From: a virus
Length of the DNA stretch: 64,000 nucleotides
IMG/VR virus record: IMGVR_UViG_3300032307_000622
Coordinates: 32,001-96,000 of that record
Strand: one strand, 5' to 3'
The notes under the pieces were generated by a model. It saw nothing but the letters and a program-made list of their open reading frames with translations, made no database searches and was not told the origin of the DNA. Shown here in pieces: positions 7,585-13,838 of the stretch; positions within the stretch are counted from its first letter, which is position 1; each line of letters begins with the position of its first letter. The position numbers were made by a program, and so were the translations under genes.

Positions 7585-7745
7585 TACTCTACCTCTTCCG
7601 CTTCGGCAACATACCATTCACCCTCATCACCATCATTGATAAGGTTAGACTTACTTAGATACTTGTTAGCCTTTTCATAGGCCTCTTCTTCATTTTTAGC
7701 ATTGACAATAATGAATCCGTCATAAGCAACAGAATACTTTCCCAT
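7584..7745 (-). CDS. Small acidic protein (MGKYSVAYDGFIIVNAKNEEEA..., 53 aa)
   Basis: Manual translation; AGAAAGG RBS. Confidence 0.7.
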   Translation of the reverse strand: MGKYSVAYDGFIIVNAKNEEEAYEKANKYLSKSNLINDGDEGEWYVAEAEEVE

Positions 7746-7783
7746 TACTTTACCTTTCTTGTTGAGGGGTGTTGAACTCTAAT

Positions 7784-7812
7784 AGCATAGCACCTACCAC
7801 AGACATTGTCAA
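7784..7812 (-). promoter_or_regulatory. Early promoter TTGACA-ATGTC-N12-TATGCT
   Basis: Motif copy. Confidence 0.8.
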
Positions 7813-7865
7813 GCAGGTGGCCGTACAAGTTTTCTGGTCTAATTAGTCTTTGGCAGTCTGTACAG

Positions 7866-8018
7866 TTATAGGTTTTCTTTGATAGCATTTCGTCTATTTT
7901 CACTTCTTGTGCCTTTCTTTGGCTTAGGGGTTATTACAGTGTGCTTAGACTTTAGCATAGAGTGAAACAACGCTTGACTCTCAGCCTTGCGTCTTGCTTC
8001 ATTTCTTTTTCCTAACAT
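7866..8018 (-). CDS. Small basic leaderless protein (50 aa)
   Basis: Manual translation; ATG 6 nt after the -10. Confidence 0.65.
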   Translation of the reverse strand: MLGKRNEARRKAESQALFHSMLKSKHTVITPKPKKGTRSENRRNAIKENL

Positions 8019-8024
8019 ACTAAA

Positions 8025-8047
8025 ATCTTAGCATAACCCTCTGACAT
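8025..8047 (-). promoter_or_regulatory. Early promoter ATGTC-N12-TAAGAT
   Basis: Motif copy. Confidence 0.75.
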
Positions 8048-8164
8048 TTTGGGAAAATTCCTGGGGCATTTTTAATAGACTACGTAAAGTTATTTCTAGA
8101 TCAGAATTGGGGCGGCACAACCAACGGACATTGTCAAGTGCGACACGCCGTAGTTGTGAAAGTT

Positions 8165-8272
8165 TTAGAACGGTGGTTGGTTTTTGCGGTATCCAATTCC
8201 GTGAGCAATCACATACACAACCGCAATTAGAATTAGGTCAATCATTAGGTTGAATCCGTTGTAAAAAATCAT
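8165..8272 (-). CDS. Small single-TM protein (35 aa)
   Basis: Manual translation; GAGG RBS. Confidence 0.6.
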   Translation of the reverse strand: MIFYNGFNLMIDLILIAVVYVIAHGIGYRKNQPPF

Positions 8273-8389
8273 TTAGTTTTCCTCTCTTGTTGTGAATAGG
8301 CTACCAACACCCTCAGACATTTTATCTTCTGAGAGCATTAGGTCAATTTGGAAAATTAGGGTTTCTAGTTCTTCTACTGATAGGCTCAC
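8273..8389 (-). CDS. Small hypothetical protein (38 aa)
   Basis: GTGA overlap; GAGGGG RBS. Confidence 0.45.
   Translation of the reverse strand: MSLSVEELETLIFQIDLMLSEDKMSEGVGSLFTTREEN
8298..8320 (-). promoter_or_regulatory. Early promoter ATGTC-N12-TAGCCT
   Basis: Motif copy. Confidence 0.65.
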
Positions 8390-8556
8390 TTGTCCCCCTC
8401 CCACTCTAGGATTAGTTCTGCGATACGCTTGGCATCTTCTAGTGGCACATTAGGCATTAGGTATCCAACCATTCTCGCATAAGGGTATTGAGCCTTAGTC
8501 TTTAGAACTGCTAGGGCTGAGTCTAGTAGTTCGTGTGATTCTCTGTTGTAAGCCAT
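8386..8556 (-). CDS. Hypothetical protein (MAYNRESHELL..., 56 aa)
   Basis: Manual translation; AGAAAGGA RBS. Confidence 0.7.
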   Translation of the reverse strand: MAYNRESHELLDSALAVLKTKAQYPYARMVGYLMPNVPLEDAKRIAELILEWEGDK

Positions 8557-8582
8557 TTATTTTCCTTTCTTCTGATACTTAG

Positions 8583-8605
8583 AATCTAGCATAGGGGTAT
8601 GACAT
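8583..8605 (-). promoter_or_regulatory. Early promoter ATGTC-N12-TAGATT
   Basis: Motif copy. Confidence 0.7.
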
Positions 8606-8606
8606 T

Positions 8607-8756
8607 TTAGACTAGTTCCAGATACTCTTCTGGAAAATCTTCGCCAAGATAACTCCTGGCATCATCTAGGGGCATTAGTCCCTTGTAGTCATTACACTCG
8701 TGGCAAACATAGTCATTGACTAGGTTCATACAAAACACACAAATTGTTTCAGTCAT
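8607..8756 (-). CDS. Small zinc-finger-like protein (CVFC...CHEC, 49 aa)
   Basis: Manual translation; GAAAGGA RBS. Confidence 0.7.
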   Translation of the reverse strand: MTETICVFCMNLVNDYVCHECNDYKGLMPLDDARSYLGEDFPEEYLELV

Positions 8757-8760
8757 TTAT

Positions 8761-8946
8761 TTAGTTTCCTTTCGTTGATAGTTCTAACTTAGCATAACCC
8801 TCAGACATTTTCTTGGGCAACACGCTGTAGTGATAGGGCAGGTGGTTTGCGTCCCACTGCTTGCGGTCTAGGTAGTAGCTAGTGCTTGTTTCTTGGACAT
8901 AGCCACAGCCTTTACATTCAGTTTTACGCCACATTCTTCTACTCAT
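8761..8946 (-). CDS. Small CxxC protein
   Basis: ORF track; AAGGA RBS. Confidence 0.6.
   Translation of the reverse strand: MSRRMWRKTECKGCGYVQETSTSYYLDRKQWDANHLPYHYSVLPKKMSEGYAKLELSTKGN
8786..8808 (-). promoter_or_regulatory. Early promoter ATGTC-N12-TAAGTT
   Basis: Motif copy. Confidence 0.7.
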
Positions 8947-8971
8947 TTATTCCTTCTTTCTAACTACTAAA

Positions 8972-8994
8972 AACCTATCACGACCCTACGACAT
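8972..8994 (-). promoter_or_regulatory. Early promoter ATGTC-N12-TAGGTT
   Basis: Motif copy. Confidence 0.7.
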
Positions 8995-9150
8995 TTTGGG
9001 GACATTTAGGGGTGTGTCGTGATACTTGTTATCATTTTGTTATAATTCTGGGGGGTCTAGATCTAGTGTCTTAAATTGATCTGGGTACTAAATGTGGGCG
9101 GCACACAAAAGCGGATCTGTCAAGCAGACACGCCGTAGATTTAGAATTTT

Positions 9151-9261
9151 CTAGTGAATCTCACCATACTCATTCCAGCATGACTCACAGCCATACTCAT
9201 CTTCTTCTACTACGAAGACTTTCTCTACTACTACATCGCATAATTCACAAACTGAAAACAT
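9151..9261 (-). CDS. Small zinc-finger-like protein (CELC...CESC, 36 aa)
   Basis: Manual translation; AGAAAGGATAA RBS. Confidence 0.7.
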   Translation of the reverse strand: MFSVCELCDVVVEKVFVVEEDEYGCESCWNEYGEIH

Positions 9262-9371
9262 TTGTTATCCTTTCTTTTATTTATCTTTATTTATCTTTAT
9301 ACTTATACTCTACTCCCTATTGTCCCTTTGTCAAGTTGACACGCCGTTATTTTTATAACTTTTTGGTAACA

Positions 9372-9488
9372 CTACCTGCTAGTGCTTTCGCAGTAGAGGC
9401 ATCCACCATTTACAGTTTCTGGAACTGTTGAGTGGAAGTCACAGACATAAGGCCTGCCTGTGGTTTCTATCTTTTGAATCTTTATCAT
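9372..9488 (-). CDS. Small CxxH/CxxC protein (38 aa)
   Basis: Manual translation; AGAAAGGATAA RBS. Confidence 0.65.
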   Translation of the reverse strand: MIKIQKIETTGRPYVCDFHSTVPETVNGGCLYCESTSR

Positions 9489-9512
9489 TTTTTATCCTTT
9501 CTTTATACTATT

Positions 9513-9535
9513 ACTCTATAAAGGGGGTCTGACAT
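9513..9535 (-). promoter_or_regulatory. Early promoter ATGTC-N12-TAGAGT
   Basis: Motif copy. Confidence 0.7.
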
Positions 9536-9630
9536 TTTGGGGGATTTTTAGGGGTGTTTTATAGAATGTTACTATTTTGTTATAAACGTCGCCACCTTTC
9601 GGTGGGAATGTCAAATCGACACGCCGTGTT

Positions 9631-9804
9631 TTAGAAATTTTCTTTGTATAGCAAGTGAGTGATCACAGCAAACAAAGAAGCTACAACAACAAAGCCAGTG
9701 CCCAAGACCAGGCCATACATTATGAATCCATTGAGTGGAAAAAACCACATTGAAAAAATTGCGGTAAGTATTGAAGCAATTGTTAGAGTTAGGGTTGTTC
9801 TCAT
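9631..9804 (-). CDS. Small two-TM membrane protein (57 aa)
   Basis: Manual translation; AAAGGATAA RBS. Confidence 0.65.
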   Translation of the reverse strand: MRTTLTLTIASILTAIFSMWFFPLNGFIMYGLVLGTGFVVVASLFAVITHLLYKENF

Positions 9805-9895
9805 TAGTTATCCTTTGCTAGTTCTGTTTCTAATACTACAATAGAGGCAATAGCCTTGTCAAATTCTTCCCAAGTGTCAAAAGTTAGAGTTATCA

Positions 9896-10087
9896 TTACC
9901 AAGCCCTTCTAGTTCCAAGTGCCTTAGCAACCTTGATTAGTCCGTTGATTTCGTTGATTAGTTCCCAACTAGGGTCATCAGAGATAGACATTAGCAAGTC
10001 AATCTCATCTTCTACAGCCTGTAGATTTAGGAGATTTACCTTAGCGTATCTAGTTAGGCTATCTGTTGGGGTTGTGTATCTTTTCAT
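9896..10087 (-). CDS. Hypothetical protein
   Basis: ORF track; AGAAAGGATAA RBS. Confidence 0.7.
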   Translation of the reverse strand: MKRYTTPTDSLTRYAKVNLLNLQAVEDEIDLLMSISDDPSWELINEINGLIKVAKALGTRRAW

Positions 10088-10107
10088 TGTTTATCCTTTC
10101 TATCTAG

Positions 10108-10130
10108 ATACTAGCATAAACCACCGACAT
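10108..10130 (-). promoter_or_regulatory. Early promoter ATGTC-N12-TAGTAT
   Basis: Motif copy. Confidence 0.75.
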
Positions 10131-10131
10131 T

Positions 10132-10260
10132 TTAGTCAGTGATTTTCACAATCTCAAAACCCATTTTCTTTAGGTTCTGAACCTGTGTTTCTAGAGTGTT
10201 TGGCATAGCACCAAACCAAATCATTGAGGAACCAACTTTGTTTACAAAAATCTTTTTCAT
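10132..10260 (-). CDS. Small hypothetical protein (42 aa)
   Basis: Manual translation; AGAAAGGATA RBS. Confidence 0.65.
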   Translation of the reverse strand: MKKIFVNKVGSSMIWFGAMPNTLETQVQNLKKMGFEIVKITD

Positions 10261-10513
10261 TTTGTATCCTTTCTATTTATCTAATTTATCTTTATATATA
10301 TATCTAAACATACTATTAGTGAAAAGTCAAGTATCAAAACATACAAACTTTAGCGTGTCGTTTTGTAGGGTTCAAACAAAAGTTATTAACAGAGTTATTA
10401 ACAGGTGGCACTAGTGTGTGCTCACTAAGTTTTTTGTTGTGTTTGTTGTAAAATCTGCATCATACATCTCTACAAAATATTCAGATTTTGCAAAATATAA
10501 AATTTTTCAGATT

Positions 10514-11149
10514 TTACACTGTGGTGGGGTATTTTTTAAAATACTTCTCTAGCTCTGCATCTTGCAGGATTTGCATATTTTGGTAATGAGAAGGTAGCAG
10601 GTATTCTGATCCATCTATTGACATCTGACAAACCAGGATGTCTAAATAATCATTTTCAGAAAAATTGGTTGGTGGTCTCCAATGCATTTGGTGAGATCCA
10701 GAAAAGACTAAAGCTTCATTAGATGCGAGGGTATCACATGTATCATATGCACATAGCTCCCAATCCAAAGTACTATCCAATTGAATAGATAAAGTAATAG
10801 ATGGCTTCTTTAGCTGATTGTCGCTATGTGGTCTTAGCTCTGGCTGATGTCCAGTTTTAGTTGTATATCTAGCAAAATGTACTTGTGCGGTCTTAAGAGA
10901 TAGTCCTGTAACATCTTCTGTAAAATCTCTTATTGTTAAAAGAAAGTTATTGTCAAAACCTTTAATATATGCAAAATATCCTAGCTCTGGAACATTTAGA
11001 TATTCTAGACCTTCTCTATTATCTGGCGGTAGATCAGGAGCTAGCTCCTCTGGGAAAGCATTCTTGACGCATTCATACACATAGGCATAATCCTCCTGAG
11101 ATAAAACATCCTTGACAACAAAAGGCTTAAATTCTGTTAAGTTCGTCAT
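10514..11149 (-). CDS. 2OG-Fe(II) oxygenase-family protein
   Basis: FARY...LRPHSD...HWRP (HxD...H triad). Confidence 0.75.
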   Translation of the reverse strand: MTNLTEFKPFVVKDVLSQEDYAYVYECVKNAFPEELAPDLPPDNREGLEYLNVPELGYFAYIKGFDNNFLLTIRDFTEDVTGLSLKTAQVHFARYTTKTGHQPELRPHSDNQLKKPSITLSIQLDSTLDWELCAYDTCDTLASNEALVFSGSHQMHWRPPTNFSENDYLDILVCQMSIDGSEYLLPSHYQNMQILQDAELEKYFKKYPTTV

Positions 11150-11765
11150 TTAGGCTTCTTTCCAGTAAGTGCTTATACTTCTCGATAAACTGTCCTGATA
11201 TCTTATCCATTTCGTCAAAGTAGCTATCCTCCAAGACGGTATCATCGTCATCTTCAATATATGTCTGCAAGATAATCACATCAAAGTAATCATCGTCTTT
11301 AAATTCTATGTCTGGTCTCCAGTGTACATCCTTAGATCCAGAGAAAAGCAATATCTGGTTCTTTTCTAGATTATATTTCTCGTCGTTCACATAGATATCC
11401 CAATCTAGTGTTGTATCTAGTTCTATAGTAGCTGTTAGGGATGGTCTCTTTACCGCCCTATCTACGTGCGGTCTTAAACGTGGACGATATCCAGAATCTC
11501 TTGTGTACCGTGCAAATAGGACACCTGGCAAAGCTACTGTGGCATGGAGGATATCTTCAAGCTTTTCTCTAATTGTTTCAACGACATCATCCTTAACTAC
11601 GTCAAAGTAAATAATAAAGCCGTTGTTGTCGATAACAGCAAAACCATCGTCATACTTGCCAAGATCATTTTTTAAGTTGTTTTCGATCTTTTCATGTACG
11701 GCCTCATATACCAAATCATAATGTTCTTTAGTTAAAAAATCTGAGGCTACAATAGTTTTTTCCAT
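11127..11765 (-). CDS. 2OG-Fe(II) oxygenase-family protein, paralog of 10514
   Basis: FARY...LRPHVD...HWRP; probable leaderless ATG at 11765. Confidence 0.75.
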   Translation of the reverse strand: MEKTIVASDFLTKEHYDLVYEAVHEKIENNLKNDLGKYDDGFAVIDNNGFIIYFDVVKDDVVETIREKLEDILHATVALPGVLFARYTRDSGYRPRLRPHVDRAVKRPSLTATIELDTTLDWDIYVNDEKYNLEKNQILLFSGSKDVHWRPDIEFKDDDYFDVIILQTYIEDDDDTVLEDSYFDEMDKISGQFIEKYKHLLERSLNDELNRI

Positions 11766-11787
11766 AGATATATGATACACTATAGTT

Positions 11788-11838
11788 ATGTGTAATGGCA
11801 ATTGTACTTGTGGCAAAGAGCAGCCACAGCCAAAGTAA
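11788..11838 (+). CDS. Possible 16-aa Cys-rich peptide MCNGNCTCGKEQPQPK
   Basis: TGaTACACT 6 nt before the ATG; fills the intergenic gap. Confidence 0.4.
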   Translation: MCNGNCTCGKEQPQPK

Positions 11839-12033
11839 TTATCGGATTATAGTATATTCTTTTAGCAGGTCGTAAAGCTCTCCGTTTACACGGTTTAGCT
11901 CAGGCTGCATCTCTTCTATTGCCTTGTCGATCTTTTCAGCCGAACCACCAATATTCAGCATTGCTTCACGATTCATCTTGTTAATGTAATCTGTCATTAA
12001 CGCTACAACTTCATCTCTAAACATTTCTACCAT
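11839..12033 (-). CDS. Hypothetical protein
   Basis: ORF track; GGAG RBS before 12033. Confidence 0.65.
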   Translation of the reverse strand: MVEMFRDEVVALMTDYINKMNREAMLNIGGSAEKIDKAIEEMQPELNRVNGELYDLLKEYTIIR

Positions 12034-12224
12034 TTCTCCAAAGGGCATTTAGCCTGTCTTAAAGTGGATTTCAATTTCATAAAACATCCACACTTTTTGC
12101 ATTTCGTAAGACGCTTGTCCAGCCATGGACATTGGTTACAAATTGCAAGTCTCTGTTCGATAAGTTCTCTATCGCTCCTAGGTTGGCTAGGATCAAATAG
12201 ATCAAAAAACTTCACATCGCCCAT
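12027..12224 (-). CDS. Small Cys-rich protein (DUF6171-like; RLAICxxC...CKKCGCFM..K...CP.xKW)
   Basis: Motif; paralog of 21530; leaderless promoter. Confidence 0.8.
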   Translation of the reverse strand: MGDVKFFDLFDPSQPRSDRELIEQRLAICNQCPWLDKRLTKCKKCGCFMKLKSTLRQAKCPLEKW

Positions 12225-12381
12225 CTATAAATGATACCACACATAGGCTACATGTTGCATATATGTTTATGCATATTGGGTAGATAGGGTGTATGGGATC
12301 TCTTATTCCGCCGAGCTACATCCGCCGAATTTAATTTCTATTTTTACGCCGAACTAAAAAATCAGTTATAATTGTTATATT

Positions 12382-12699
12382 ATGACCCCCATCGAAATAA
12401 CTAACATGATACTGGGAATTGTAATTTCCGTAGGAACCATAATCTCAATTGCCGCCCTGGGAATCAGATGGCTAGTCAAGCATTATTTTGATGAAATTAA
12501 AGCAGAGCTAAAACCTAATAGTGGATCAAGTATAAAAGATCAGGTTACTAGACTAGAAAAACAAATGGTAGAGTCTCAGGAACAGCGAAAAGAAGCTAAC
12601 AAAAAAATAGATCACATGTACGATCTGCTTATTGAATATATCGCAAAAAGCTCAGAGCCAAAAAACTCAGCAAGAAAAACTACAAAAAAATCAAGCTAA
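12382..12699 (+). CDS. Membrane protein with TM segment and coiled coil (possible holin or lysis accessory)
   Basis: N-terminal TM; ELKPNSGSSIKDQVTRLE motif. Confidence 0.65.
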   Translation: MTPIEITNMILGIVISVGTIISIAALGIRWLVKHYFDEIKAELKPNSGSSIKDQVTRLEKQMVESQEQRKEANKKIDHMYDLLIEYIAKSSEPKNSARKTTKKSS

Positions 12700-12897
12700 A
12701 AGCCGATTATTATATTATAATATAAAAACTAAATCGTAAATTTAATATTTAAGATATCTTATATATAGATATATATTATACTCGAATATCAGCTTTGTCA
12801 AGTCATTTTTTGATAACAATTGTGTAAATTTTTTGTTACATTTTGATAAACTGTGAAAACATACATATAATAAGAAACTTTATGTTATAATTTATAC

Positions 12898-12950
12898 AAC
12901 TAGTGTTCAGGGAAGTCTCTCATACCCACGTCCTTGAACACTAGTTTTAT
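12898..12950 (+). ncRNA. Candidate ~50-nt single-hairpin sRNA with loop AGUCUCUCAUACCCACG
   Basis: TGtTATAAT 6 nt upstream, 16-bp stem with a G-U pair on +, U-tract after. Confidence 0.65.
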
Positions 12951-12977
12951 TATTTTTACTGGTATAATTAGAGTATT

Positions 12978-13361
12978 ATGGCTAATTGTGGACCTCAAGT
13001 ATTCGGTGCTGATCCGATGAATCTTAAATGGCAAATTGTTAGGGGAGATACCTCTCCTCTGAGGGTAGAATTTTACGAAGATGACGAAGTAACCCCATAT
13101 GATACTACTGATTGGGAATTTGCTGCCTCTGCCTATGATTTTAAAGCAGATACCGTGGATGAGCTTGATATTGAAGTCGGAGATGGGTATGTAATTATTA
13201 CAGCACCCTCAGACATAACTCAGTACTGGGGCACTGGATATAGATCGTCCGTAGCAGAATTAGCCTTTGATCTCCAAGTCATAGTTGATGGAGAAACCGT
13301 CTGGACACCTATTGTTGGTACCATTTCGGTTATTGGAGACGTTACAGGAGGAAGTTTATAA
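12978..13361 (+). CDS. Virion/baseplate adaptor-like protein (BppU N-terminal-like)
   Basis: VRGDT...FDLQ...GTISVIGDVT; paralog of 18170 and 24837. Confidence 0.6.
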   Translation: MANCGPQVFGADPMNLKWQIVRGDTSPLRVEFYEDDEVTPYDTTDWEFAASAYDFKADTVDELDIEVGDGYVIITAPSDITQYWGTGYRSSVAELAFDLQVIVDGETVWTPIVGTISVIGDVTGGSL

Positions 13362-13552
13362 TGCCAACAGTTAAAATTGTGCCTTTCCCAGGCGGACCTG
13401 GCCCACGTGGCGAACAGGGACCAAGGGGGTACCAGGGAGATCCTGGGCCAACCTATACTCCAACAGGAGCTTCAGGAACTTTTGTTTCAAATGATAACAA
13501 AACGATAACAGTTGTTAATGGAATTATTACAGCAATCACAGAGGGAGATTAA
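13361..13552 (+). CDS. Small collagen-repeat protein
   Basis: GPGPRGEQGPRGYQGDPGP. Confidence 0.7.
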   Translation: MPTVKIVPFPGGPGPRGEQGPRGYQGDPGPTYTPTGASGTFVSNDNKTITVVNGIITAITEGD

Positions 13553-13553
13553 T

Positions 13554-13838
13554 ATGGCAACATCACATGCACTAGTTACTTTAGGAAATTCTACAGCTAC
13601 AAGGCTTACCCCAAACGGAGTTCACTCTGGTATGGATATCACTATTCAAAACGTAAGTGACGAAAACTATGTTTACATTGGTGGTGAAGACGTAAACCCT
13701 GAAGACTTTGGATACCGCTTGAGCCCTGGCCTAGCTATTTCCTTTGAGCTTCCTGGAAAAAACGCACTTTATGCCATTGCAGACGAAAATGAAACTTTGA
13801 TCGCAGTTCTAAAGACTAATCTGGAGACTGGTAACTAA
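13554..13838 (+). CDS. Putative virion protein
   Basis: ORF track; GGGAG RBS before 13554. Confidence 0.7.
   Translation: MATSHALVTLGNSTATRLTPNGVHSGMDITIQNVSDENYVYIGGEDVNPEDFGYRLSPGLAISFELPGKNALYAIADENETLIAVLKTNLETGN

Noticed and set aside
7818-7865. Stem-loop after the 50-aa gene as a ribozyme or sRNA
   Set aside because: An 8-bp stem is possible but I see no catalytic core and no clear target
2825-10130. Repeated GACATTTT motif as a CRISPR array
   Set aside because: The conserved part is only 5-8 nt, spacing is irregular, genes lie between copies and there are no cas genes; it fits a promoter element
508-10414. Plus-strand ORFs in the early region (508, 1825, 2774, 4400, 5720, 6289, 6521, 9180, 9659, 9933, 10196) and the minus ORF 1910-2092
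   Set aside because: They are shadows of better-supported minus-strand genes or intergenic elements, with no RBS or promoter support
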